In this document: piece by piece, positions 1 through 7,152 of the stretch | Layout of the letters: every line of letters starts with the position of its first letter | How positions within the stretch are numbered: the first letter of the stretch is position 1 | Source of the DNA: a virus | Length of the DNA: 35,606 nucleotides | Reading direction: 5' to 3' (one strand) | IMG/VR virus record: IMGVR_UViG_3300012347_000093 | Coordinates: 1 to 35,606 of that record | Position numbers and translations under genes: made by a program | Notes under the pieces: generated by a model | Seen by the model: only the letters and a program-made list of their open reading frames with translations | What the model was told of the DNA's origin: nothing | Databases searched by the model: none

Positions 1-55
1 CTTGGTCTGAGAAACCGATAGACTTCGCATAGGCTTTAATCTCTTTGCGGGCTAA
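1..55. repeat. 55-nt terminal overlap, identical to 35552..35606 (circular-assembly signature)
   Basis: Direct comparison: cttggtctgagaaaccgatagacttcgcataggctttaatctctttgcgggctaa occurs at both window ends. It lies inside a reading frame that is continuous across the junction. Confidence 0.95.
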
Positions 56-745
56 ATCTGCTTTTACCTCATCCCTAAACTCAGGAATCCACTCCCTAAG
101 TTTTTGCGCTTCTTGTGCCAAATGACCTTTAAGCTGTTCTTGCTGTTCTGCCTGTTGCTGTTGTGCAATACGCTGTTTCTCAGCTTGAACCGCTTGCAGT
201 TGCTTATCTCTTTCTGCCCTCTCAGCGACCTTAATAGCATAACCAATAGGGTCTGATTCTCGTAACTCGGCTAGATTTTCATTGTCAGCAGGCTGATTGA
301 GCATCTGTTCGATTACTTGTAATCTTTGGGCGTAAGTGTCACGCAACTGTTTAGCTTCTTCGATTCTCGTTCTCTCTGCTTCCACAGCCTTACGAGTTTC
401 AGCCAAAGCCTGAGTTTTCTTTGTGTAATCTTTTGTGCGACTGTAACCTTGTTGAAGTTCCTCTAAGGTGACCTCAACTTCTTCATTGTCTACTTTGACT
501 TTGAATCGTTGTGGTTCTTTGGTTTCTTCTTCTTGGTATTCAGTTTCTTCTGCATTTTCATCTGTGTAGTCCTCTGAACCATCGTCTGAATCGGCTGAAT
601 ACTCAACTTCTTCAGATTCCTGTTCTTGTTGGTCTACCTCTGGTTGAGCATTAGCTTCCTCAGTAGGTGAGTCCATCAAAGACAAAAATGCACTAGCTGC
701 TTCGTTTACACTAACACTTCCATTAGGATTGGTGTTTTCACTCAT
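1..745 (-). CDS. capsid scaffolding protein, N-terminal ~248 codons (gene continues across the circular junction into 35307..35606)
   Basis: Open minus-strand frame from ATG 745-743 (MSENTNPNGSVSVNEAAS...) to the window edge, so it is absent from the ORF track. It has an acidic stretch (EEVEYSADSDDGSEDYTDENAEE) followed by K/E/Q-rich helical sequence. It sits between the portal and major capsid genes. I hand-translated the junction and it reads ...IGFSDQELANVYDARAVQTLFKAMQYEK..., 330 codons in total. Confidence 0.65.
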   Translation of the reverse strand, partial: MSENTNPNGSVSVNEAASAFLSLMDSPTEEANAQPEVDQQEQESEEVEYSADSDDGSEDYTDENAEETEYQEEETKEPQRFKVKVDNEEVEVTLEELQQGYSRTKDYTKKTQALAETRKAVEAERTRIEEAKQLRDTYAQRLQVIEQMLNQPADNENLAELRESDPIGYAIKVAERAERDKQLQAVQAEKQRIAQQQQAEQQEQLKGHLAQEAQKLREWIPEFRDEVKADLARKEIKAYAKSIGFSDQ

Positions 746-765
746 TGTTTTACCTTTTACGGTTG

Positions 766-996
766 TTAAAGAATCTTCCATTTCTTAGTTTGTATCTGCT
801 TATCATCAGCGATAGCTTGGATACTTGCCAAGAGTTCTTCAATAGCCCTGTATTTGATTAAAGACTTCTCTCGAAAGTCAAAATCATTTTCCTCACTATT
901 GAATATGTTGTTTTTATACAACAGTTTTTGATTTTCCACAAGTTCCATAAGAAACTCGTCACTTAGTAATACTCTTGCCCGTTCAGCTTTGTTCAT
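766..996 (-). CDS. hypothetical protein (head module, between portal and scaffold)
   Basis: 76-aa ORF with a 4-nt overlap with the portal stop. No motif recognised. Confidence 0.6.
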   Translation of the reverse strand: MNKAERARVLLSDEFLMELVENQKLLYKNNIFNSEENDFDFREKSLIKYRAIEELLASIQAIADDKQIQTKKWKIL

Positions 997-3083
997 AGAT
1001 TAGGAATATTAGGTGTGTTAGAAATACCTGCGCCAATAGTCATAGCCTTTAACTGGGCTTCTGCTTGGAACTCTGCTGTCTTTAATTCTAAGTCTGCCTG
1101 TGCCTTCTCACGCTTTAACTGAATCTCAGCCTGTGCTTTAGCTTGTTGCAACTGCATATCAGCTTGCGCCTTCTGTTGGTCTAGTTGCATCTGTTGCTGT
1201 GCCTTGGCTTGGTCAATCTGCATCTGTGCCTGTGCTTGCGCCATGTAAGCCTGAACTGCTGGGTCTACAGGTGGTTGCTGAGGTTGTGGGTTAGCAATCT
1301 GTTGTTCTAACTCAGGTGGAATCTCTTTGAAGAACTCACTACTGTCTTTATATCCAGCAGCTTCAATGAATCGACCTAGAGTTTCACGATACTGAGTCAA
1401 TGTAACCAATGGGTTATTAAAGCCTTGAGTACCTAGAATCTGCTCTTGCTTCTGTAACACCATTGCTACCATTGCCATTTGCTCTTGCTTGTTGCCTGTG
1501 CCTAGACCGACATTGATAGATAGGTCAAAACCGTTTACCCATTCTCTAGGGTCAATAGTGATGTACTTACCTCTCAAACGAATGATGCGTTCTTTGTCCT
1601 GATACTTGCATACCAAGTGAAGAATCTTCTCAAACAAGTCTTTTACGCCTGTTTCAGCAAAGATACGGGCAATCATCTCTACTTTACCTGCTGCTGCTGA
1701 CTGCATTGCTGCAACTGCTGTAGCTGTAGTGTTCTGTAGGATGTTAGGGTCTAAACCTTGTTGTGCATCATTTACACCTGTACGCTTAGACTGTACTTGG
1801 TCGAGATACTGCAACATTGGGAAAGACTGGCTTGCTGTCGGTGGTACTGACAATGGCACGATTGCGTTAGGATTCTTAATACGCACGATACCACCAGCAG
1901 TAACGGTTAACATATCGTCTAGGTTGACTTGACCTTCAACAACACCCATACGAGAGTTATTTGTAAGGTATAAGTTATCTAGAATCTGACGAGTTACTGT
2001 TGACTTGATTAGCTGTAGGTCTAATGTTCTGTCTGCCAAGCTATGACCAAAGAACTTGTGTGGCATAGGAATAGGGCAAATTGAACAGAATGGTACAAAG
2101 TCCACTTCTTCGTTATCTAGAATCTCTGAACCAGCATAAGTTACCTTACGGAGTTCAGCGATACCATCTTCGTCATAATCTGTCTTAATGTAGCACTCGT
2201 ACACTTCTACATCTTGCATAGAGAAGTCTAGGCTTGCCTGTTCATCAGGCATCTCACCTCGGTCATATCTAGCAATTCTTTCCTCAGAATAGGTTAAGTC
2301 TGAGTAGCTAGGCAATGTATCAATAATCTTCTTTTTGAAACCCATAGCTACTAATTCGCTACGAGTTACTAGCTTTCTGTGGGCTACGAAAGGTGCATCA
2401 GCAATCGTTCTAGCCTTCTTAGAGATTAAGAACTCCTCTGGTGGGACATTCTCAACAATAGCCTTACCGTTCTTCTTAGTGCGCTTTAATGTAACGCTGT
2501 ATGAAAACACAGGTGGCAATGGCATACCAGTCATAGGGTCAACATTCATTCCCTCTGGCATCTCTACTTCATCCATCTCCTGACTTACGACTTCGACCTC
2601 TGGGTCAGCCATAAGCATGGTCAATTCTTCTTCGTTGAGGTTCTGATACTTCTCTTTTGTTACATCAGTCTGTTCATCCCAATAGACCTTAACGATACCG
2701 TTCTTCTGTAACAAAGCATCCTTAAACCAGTTATGGAATAGGATTACGCCTGAGTTGTCATGGTTTAGCACCCAGTTAACATACTCAGTAGCTTGTTTAG
2801 CCTTTTCCTCGTCACCAGCAGACTTAGGTTCAAAGCGTACCATCTCATCAGACTGTGTGAATACTCGAATAAGTTGTGGCAATGCACCATCAACTACTTC
2901 AGCTACTTCACCAGTAACAATAGAAGAACGACCTTCGACCTCATTGCCATAGGCTTCTCTGTTGTAATACTGCAACGCTTTTCTGCGTTCATCAGTAGTT
3001 TCTGTTTCGATAAAGCCAAGACTGTTATCAATCTCTGACTCTAATATGCCTTTTAGTTTTCCGTCATCCATCAGACTATCCAT
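993..3083 (-). CDS. portal protein
   Basis: 696 aa. It overlaps the terL stop by 13 nt and precedes scaffold and MCP, so size and gene order are typical of a portal. The C-terminal 98 aa are Q/A-rich with five 11-residue repeats. Confidence 0.8.
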   Translation of the reverse strand: MDSLMDDGKLKGILESEIDNSLGFIETETTDERRKALQYYNREAYGNEVEGRSSIVTGEVAEVVDGALPQLIRVFTQSDEMVRFEPKSAGDEEKAKQATEYVNWVLNHDNSGVILFHNWFKDALLQKNGIVKVYWDEQTDVTKEKYQNLNEEELTMLMADPEVEVVSQEMDEVEMPEGMNVDPMTGMPLPPVFSYSVTLKRTKKNGKAIVENVPPEEFLISKKARTIADAPFVAHRKLVTRSELVAMGFKKKIIDTLPSYSDLTYSEERIARYDRGEMPDEQASLDFSMQDVEVYECYIKTDYDEDGIAELRKVTYAGSEILDNEEVDFVPFCSICPIPMPHKFFGHSLADRTLDLQLIKSTVTRQILDNLYLTNNSRMGVVEGQVNLDDMLTVTAGGIVRIKNPNAIVPLSVPPTASQSFPMLQYLDQVQSKRTGVNDAQQGLDPNILQNTTATAVAAMQSAAAGKVEMIARIFAETGVKDLFEKILHLVCKYQDKERIIRLRGKYITIDPREWVNGFDLSINVGLGTGNKQEQMAMVAMVLQKQEQILGTQGFNNPLVTLTQYRETLGRFIEAAGYKDSSEFFKEIPPELEQQIANPQPQQPPVDPAVQAYMAQAQAQMQIDQAKAQQQMQLDQQKAQADMQLQQAKAQAEIQLKREKAQADLELKTAEFQAEAQLKAMTIGAGISNTPNIPNL
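1059..1223 (-). repeat. five tandem 33-nt (11-aa) coding repeats in the portal C-terminus
   Basis: MQIDQAKAQQQ / MQLDQQKAQAD / MQLQQAKAQAE / IQLKREKAQAD / LELKTAEFQAE. The Met codons sit at 1223, 1190 and 1157, exactly 33 nt apart. Confidence 0.85.
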
Positions 3084-4324
3084 TTCGTGTTAATTTTGAG
3101 AGATTTACTCCAGTCGTTTGGTCTTTCATCAAGACCGACTGCAACATATCGCCAAGCATCCGCAGCATGAGAATGTTGGTCATGCAACGGTTTATCGCTA
3201 AACATCTTTGTATCAGGGTCTACAGCGTATCTATAGTGCCTTAAAGCCTGTAATCCCTCTGCACATCTGTTCTGGTCAAAGTAACACCTGTTCATTAGCA
3301 TCCTAGCAGCGTTAATGCCATCTGCAATAGATAGTTTAGGAGTTATTCTAACTGGCAAATTCATGCCTTCTATTATCTCTTTTGTGCTACGACCTGTCAT
3401 GTTTTTATGTTCTGCATCATGCGGTAACCAATGGTCACGATAGGTATAGCCCTTATTCTGAAGCACTTGCACATAATGGTCAATCGGCTTTTGGCAGTTC
3501 TGGTAGAAGTCTATTACTCTTACTTCGCCACCAGATAATGTCTGCACAAACCAAATAGATGTCATATCAGCCCATCCTAAGTCCCAGAAGGTACTTACAG
3601 GAATAGCTGTATCCACCATTATGTCTTTAATTCTTGTTTCTTCCTGTGCCTTACGCAACTCATTAGCGTATACCGCACCGTCTAGAACCTGTCTTGTATT
3701 ACCTTCCCATACATTAAGGTAAGCATCCACATCCCTAGCCTTCAAGTCCTCCATCTCATCTCTTAGGACTGATGGAAACCAAGGATTATCAGAATAGTTT
3801 ACTTTTACGACCTTAGCGTTGCTTGGGGGTAATACTACAAATCTCTTATATGTTTCGTCTGTATCTAACTCAGGATTGAATGTAATCCATATCTCAGAGT
3901 TTTCTTTACGAATAGTCGGAATCAATACATCCCATGAACTTTTAGATGTAGTCTGGGCTTCTTCTACCCAACAGATGTCTACACCCTCAAACGACTTAAT
4001 CTTTGTAACATTGTGCTTTAAACCAGCAAATAGGAACTCTGTCCCGTTCTTACCGTATATAGCAGTATTCTGTACCTCGTAGAAACTCTCTAGGTTTAGC
4101 TTTCTTATCTGGTCTGCTAGTAGTGCATGAACAGAATCGCTAATAGAGTTTTGAAACTCTCGGGCGCATAGTATTCTCAATGGCTTCTGTGCGCCTAAAG
4201 CTAACAAAGCTATAGCAGCACTCCATGACTTACTAGACCCACGACCACCGTAAGCCACCTTATATCTGTGAGGTTCAAACAAGAAACTCATCTTGTCCGA
4301 TAACTCTAGATTGAGTTCACTCAT
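3071..4324 (-). CDS. terL: terminase large subunit (Terminase_3 / PBSX-like)
   Basis: Walker A YGGRGSSKSWS, Walker B-like VDICWVEEA, and C-terminal nuclease-type acidic motifs (FWDLGWADMT, WLPHDA). 417 aa, directly upstream of the portal gene. Confidence 0.9.
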   Translation of the reverse strand: MSELNLELSDKMSFLFEPHRYKVAYGGRGSSKSWSAAIALLALGAQKPLRILCAREFQNSISDSVHALLADQIRKLNLESFYEVQNTAIYGKNGTEFLFAGLKHNVTKIKSFEGVDICWVEEAQTTSKSSWDVLIPTIRKENSEIWITFNPELDTDETYKRFVVLPPSNAKVVKVNYSDNPWFPSVLRDEMEDLKARDVDAYLNVWEGNTRQVLDGAVYANELRKAQEETRIKDIMVDTAIPVSTFWDLGWADMTSIWFVQTLSGGEVRVIDFYQNCQKPIDHYVQVLQNKGYTYRDHWLPHDAEHKNMTGRSTKEIIEGMNLPVRITPKLSIADGINAARMLMNRCYFDQNRCAEGLQALRHYRYAVDPDTKMFSDKPLHDQHSHAADAWRYVAVGLDERPNDWSKSLKINTKWIV

Positions 4325-4650
4325 TCAGGCTTCTTAAGATTAATATTGATTGAAGTCACAGTTTCTATAGCACCACCATCCAAGCCAGACATCTCTGTAA
4401 CTTGAATAGCCTTACCGTCTACTCTGTCCATGATTTCTTTAACAGCCCAAGGTTCTCCATCCTGTGCAGCTTCTACAAGTTTCCTAGCAATCATTCTTAG
4501 TTTGATTGCATCTTCTTGTACTAACTCTTTCCTTAATTGGTCAAAGAATAGTCTGCCCTTCTTGGCGTTTTGATTATTAGGTTGTCCACCTCTCGAATTA
4601 TTCGATTCAGATGTCAAGTTGTTGTTTTCGCTACTGTTTTCCATGTCCAT
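4321..4650 (-). CDS. terS: terminase small subunit (putative)
   Basis: 109 aa with a 4-nt overlap with terL. N/S/Q-rich basic N-terminus, then WAVKEIMDRVDGK. From memory this resembles small terminases of BPP-1/epsilon15-like podoviruses. Confidence 0.55.
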   Translation of the reverse strand: MDMENSSENNNLTSESNNSRGGQPNNQNAKKGRLFFDQLRKELVQEDAIKLRMIARKLVEAAQDGEPWAVKEIMDRVDGKAIQVTEMSGLDGGAIETVTSININLKKPE

Positions 4651-4687
4651 TCCGATTGGTTGATGGCTTAATGTTTTAAGTTGTTGT

Positions 4688-4699
4688 ATTTATACCACA
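4688..4699 (-). promoter_or_regulatory. possible extended -10 promoter element (TGTGGTATAAAT) upstream of terS
   Basis: The minus strand reads TG-G-TATAAA in the 51-nt gap between the 51-aa ORF and terS. No convincing -35 element. Confidence 0.2.
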
Positions 4700-4701
4700 G
4701 T

Positions 4702-4857
4702 TTAATGCAATATTTTATGTGTAATGAATTCTATTTGATTAACCTGTAATTCTATGGCTAAGTCTAGCAAGTCTGCATATAGACCTAGTAAGAAATCTTC
4801 TTTTTCTAAGATTGATGGGAATACTGTTGGTACTCCCTTAATCTCTACGGTTACCAT
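4702..4857 (-). CDS. hypothetical 51-aa protein (below the ORF-track cutoff)
   Basis: Hand translation: MVTVEIKGVPTVFPSILEKEDFLLGLYADLLDLAIELQVNQIEFITHKILH. Its ATG overlaps the upstream stop (TAATG), which suggests translational coupling. Confidence 0.4.
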   Translation of the reverse strand: MVTVEIKGVPTVFPSILEKEDFLLGLYADLLDLAIELQVNQIEFITHKILH

Positions 4858-5012
4858 TATTTCTTATACTTAGCTGTTTTAGCTGCTTCAGAAATAGCGA
4901 TAGCAATAGCCTGTTTAGGATTTTTAACAACTTTGCCACCTTTACCAGAGTGCAATGTGCCTTCTTTGTATTCGCCCATTACTTTACCGATTTTCTTCTG
5001 TGTCTTAGTCAT
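4857..5012 (-). CDS. small DUF6496-like protein (51 aa, below the ORF-track cutoff)
   Basis: Hand translation: MTKTQKKIGKVMGEYKEGTLHSGKGGKVVKNPKQAIAIAISEAAKTAKYKK. The core (E[FY]KxGxLHSG...V.NPKQAIAIAxSEA) matches a small bacterial family I recall as DUF6496. The start overlaps the upstream stop by 8 nt. Confidence 0.55.
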   Translation of the reverse strand: MTKTQKKIGKVMGEYKEGTLHSGKGGKVVKNPKQAIAIAISEAAKTAKYKK

Positions 5013-5442
5013 CTTCATATTCTTTTTCTTCCCATTGGTCGCAAGTTCTTAGGTCATGACAGATAAAGGTATATTTATGACAATAACCTCTTTCGCCACC
5101 TGTTTTGTCAAATTCTGACATTGGCACTACTTCCATAGCTTTCTTAGCTTCTAAAGTATTGTCAAAGTATTCGCAGTTACCGCATCTACGCATTTTTGCT
5201 TCTTCTTCTGGCATATCCCAGAACTCAGCAATCTTTATCCAGAAGTCTTTCGGATTCTTAGGGTCTTCTGCGCCAAGATGACGATTTTCCATCAATGCCT
5301 TTGTTATAGCATCATTAGATTTTTTATCTATTGGATACTTATTCTCATCAGCCATCATTTCCTCTAGCAAACCCATGCCTTCAGGCATATCTTTTTCCAT
5401 GCCTTCTTCTTTTGGCGCTAGTAATCCGACTGTTATCTTCAT
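5005..5442 (-). CDS. first late-operon protein with a HiPIP-like Cys motif (145 aa)
   Basis: I moved the start to ATG 5442 (MKITVG...) because it has AGGA 7 nt upstream and the longer track ORF would run through the terminator hairpin. C-terminal motif: RRCGNCEYF...GYCHKYTFICHDLRTCDQWEEK. Confidence 0.7.
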   Translation of the reverse strand: MKITVGLLAPKEEGMEKDMPEGMGLLEEMMADENKYPIDKKSNDAITKALMENRHLGAEDPKNPKDFWIKIAEFWDMPEEEAKMRRCGNCEYFDNTLEAKKAMEVVPMSEFDKTGGERGYCHKYTFICHDLRTCDQWEEKEYEDD

Positions 5443-5451
5443 AGAAATCCT

Positions 5452-5476
5452 AAAAAAAATCCCCAATCAAGGGGAT
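5452..5476 (-). terminator. intrinsic terminator between the tRNA and the late operon
   Basis: Minus-strand RNA reads AUCCCC-UUGAUU-GGGGAU followed by a U-run. That is a 6-bp stem and 6-nt loop; the U-run totals U8 counting the stem-closing U. It ends 10 nt before the RBS of the 5442 gene. Confidence 0.55.
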
Positions 5477-5566
5477 AAATCACTTCTCACTATTAATGCA
5501 AAAGTGTAGAAAACACTTCTCCAAGGACAATCTTACTACATTTTCAGAAAAGCTACAATATTTTTT

Positions 5567-5640
5567 TGGTGCTTCTAGACAGAATCGAACTGCCAATGCA
5601 TGATTACAAATCACGAGTTATACCATTTAACTATAGAAGC
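5567..5640 (-). tRNA. tRNA-Thr (anticodon UGU), CCA encoded
   Basis: The reverse complement GCTTCTATAGTTAAATGGTATAACTCGTGATTTGTAATCATGCATTGGCAGTTCGATTCTGTCTAGAAGCACCA folds as a cloverleaf. Acceptor stem GCTTCTA/TAGAAGC, D stem GTTA/TAAC, anticodon stem CGTGA/TCATG, anticodon loop TT-TGT-AA, T stem GGCAG/CTGTC with loop TTCGATT, then discriminator A and CCA. Confidence 0.85.
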
Positions 5641-5820
5641 CTACTCTATCTTTTGCTTACAATCTCTACATATCCATCTTTGATTAAGACCATCGTTGAA
5701 CACTTGCAAGTATCCAGTATGTCGTGGCTTGTGTGTCCTACAGTTATCACAAAGCCTTTTTTCCTGATAGTTTCCGATTGATTTCTTTGCTAATTCTGCT
5801 TCTGGCTTCTTGTATGTCAT
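5641..5820 (-). CDS. Zn-ribbon protein (CxxC...CxxC), 59 aa
   Basis: MTYKKPEAELAKK...CDNCRTHKPRHTGYLQVFNDGLNQRWICRDCKQKIE. The track start at 5826 is a TTG, so I prefer ATG 5820. The stop abuts the tRNA 5' end. It overlaps the Q-like ORF by about 74-80 nt. Confidence 0.5.
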   Translation of the reverse strand: MTYKKPEAELAKKSIGNYQEKRLCDNCRTHKPRHTGYLQVFNDGLNQRWICRDCKQKIE

Positions 5821-6133
5821 TCTCAAACTTCTTTACTGTTGTTCTAAGGTAATTAGCGATTGCATGGTTACTCTGGTATGGGTGACTGATATAAAAAGCC
5901 TTTAAAGCCCTTCTATGGTGTTCTGGTAGGTCTTTCATGCAAGATTCGACTACTTCCCCATCTTTCCAATCAATACTAGGCATATTTGGATAATCTTCCT
6001 CCATGACATTACCTAGCTCTGGGTTATAGTTTTTCTCAAAAGAGCGACAGGTCGATGGTTGTTTAGGAGATGGGTCATCTAGCCACAGGGTGACATAATA
6101 TGACCAATTTAGAAGTCTCTCATGGATATTCAT
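5747..6133 (-). CDS. putative late-gene regulator, antiterminator Q-like (QuuD / phage-82-type size and layout)
   Basis: 128 aa and the last sizeable gene of the early-left operon. ERLLNWSYYV near the N-terminus, a central Cys-containing acidic segment (DGEVVESCMKDLPEHHRRALKAFY), and a C-terminal helix (IANYLRTTVKKFENDIQEARSRI). The resemblance to small Q proteins is from memory only. Confidence 0.4.
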   Translation of the reverse strand: MNIHERLLNWSYYVTLWLDDPSPKQPSTCRSFEKNYNPELGNVMEEDYPNMPSIDWKDGEVVESCMKDLPEHHRRALKAFYISHPYQSNHAIANYLRTTVKKFENDIQEARSRISKEINRKLSGKKAL

Positions 6134-6393
6134 AATAGTTCCAAAGTATATGCCAACAAATCTTCTTCGGTCAAACCATATTTTTTTTCAAAAGCCTTCC
6201 TGCCAAGTCCATGAATTCCTGCATCTCCAGTATGGTGGCTTGGGCAGAGTGGGACGACTGGTGCATTATCTCTTTTCCCTGCTCGTCTAATATGATGCAG
6301 ATGGGGTGGGGTTTCTCCAAGTTCGAGATGTCGACATAATATGCACCCAAGTCTCGCAACTTTGTCATAGTGTTCCTTTTGCGCTTTAGTCAA
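6130..6393 (-). CDS. Ref-like HNH nuclease (RecA-dependent nuclease family)
   Basis: GCILCRHLELGETPPHLHHIRRAGKRDNAPVVPLCPSHHTGDAGIHGLGRKAFEKKYG. The C..C / HH / PLC..HH / GIH pattern is typical of P1 Ref-like phage proteins. Confidence 0.65.
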   Translation of the reverse strand: MTKAQKEHYDKVARLGCILCRHLELGETPPHLHHIRRAGKRDNAPVVPLCPSHHTGDAGIHGLGRKAFEKKYGLTEEDLLAYTLELL

Positions 6394-6823
6394 GGTTCAA
6401 AGTCCTGTATTTAGTTCCATCTTTCCATTGCTTGTCTGTCGCTTGTTGGTACAATTCAATCACTTGGTCAGGGGTTCTGAAGGTAGGAGTATTTTGTCCA
6501 GAAAAACAGAAAGCATACCAAAGAGGACAATCCTTGCTGTGATACCACTCGATAAATTGAGGAATCATGGCTACTTCAGACTCTTTGATATTTGCAGTAC
6601 CTTTGACACTAACCAATTTTGTACCATTGTTACTAGATACGAAATAGTCAGGAATATTCCTAATAAGAGGACTAATGGTATAAAAATTAGGTAAAGGGTC
6701 ATTCTTTTCATCAAATCCAATCCTTCTAAAAAATACTTCTTTGGTTTTACAGTATTGCTCAAATAACTTCTCGCCAATATTTGTACCAGAGTTCCTTTCA
6801 GCATAAGAGTTATTACCGTTCAT
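6386..6823 (-). CDS. hypothetical protein, possible PD-(D/E)xK nuclease fold
   Basis: 145 aa. IPDYFVSSNNGTKLVSVKG resembles a PD...(E/S)xK core, preceded by an acidic helix (GEKLFEQY). This call is weak. Confidence 0.3.
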   Translation of the reverse strand: MNGNNSYAERNSGTNIGEKLFEQYCKTKEVFFRRIGFDEKNDPLPNFYTISPLIRNIPDYFVSSNNGTKLVSVKGTANIKESEVAMIPQFIEWYHSKDCPLWYAFCFSGQNTPTFRTPDQVIELYQQATDKQWKDGTKYRTLNLD

Positions 6824-7152
6824 CTTGCTGACCTATCTAAAGCCCTGTTAGAACTCTCTAAAGACCTCCAGACCTCGACTTTAACCTCTGCACCTATCAT
6901 GAGCCATCTAATATGCTCAAACTCAACTATGGCTTGTTTAAGCTGTTCTAGGTGATCTTTATACCTTTGACTAGCATAAGCCTCTGATTCCTTGGCAGCC
7001 TCTGTCTTAGCCATCGACTGATTCATAATTTCAGATTTGATAGTTTTCCTGTATTCAGATAAATATGTGACATTAGCTTTGGCTATTGCAAATTTCTCAG
7101 CATTATCTCTAAGAAAATCTAAGCATTTAAAAATATTTATCTGTTCTTCCAT
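6820..7152 (-). CDS. hypothetical coiled-coil protein
   Basis: 110-aa ORF with 4-nt overlaps on both sides. Helical K/E-rich sequence. Confidence 0.6.
   Translation of the reverse strand: MEEQINIFKCLDFLRDNAEKFAIAKANVTYLSEYRKTIKSEIMNQSMAKTEAAKESEAYASQRYKDHLEQLKQAIVEFEHIRWLMIGAEVKVEVWRSLESSNRALDRSAR

Noticed and set aside
1-55. Interpreting the 55-nt repeat at both window ends as biological direct terminal repeats
   Set aside because: It lies in phase inside a coding sequence and is short. A repeat of this kind is more consistent with an assembler overlap on a circular or circularly permuted genome than with T7-like DTRs.
64-246. 60-aa minus-strand ORF at the window start
   Set aside because: It is out of frame within the scaffolding-protein reading frame, which is open across the whole interval.
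1729-3038. Plus-strand ORFs (1729-1932, 2335-2583, 2755-2952, 2793-3038) inside the portal gene
   Set aside because: They are antisense shadows of a long, well-supported minus-strand gene. They have no SD sequences and a Ser/Thr/Leu-rich composition typical of shadow frames. The same reasoning applies to 3819-4082, 6428-6694, 7333-7518, 10379-10570, 16103-16360, 16760-17038, 17853-18095, 18127-18351, 21001-21304, 21692-22207, 24439-24729, 28907-29092, 29254-29571, 30100-30318, 31851-32105, 32348-32590, 33793-34052 and 34636-34971.
4754-4873. 39-aa plus-strand ORF (MAKSSKSAYRPSKK...) in the pre-terS region
   Set aside because: It has no SD and is antisense to two stop/start-coupled minus-strand ORFs, one of which has a recognisable family motif.
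5443-5466. Longer N-terminus (MGIFFRIS...) for the first late gene
   Set aside because: It would be translated through the terminator stem and U-tract and it lacks an SD. ATG 5442 has AGGA at proper spacing.
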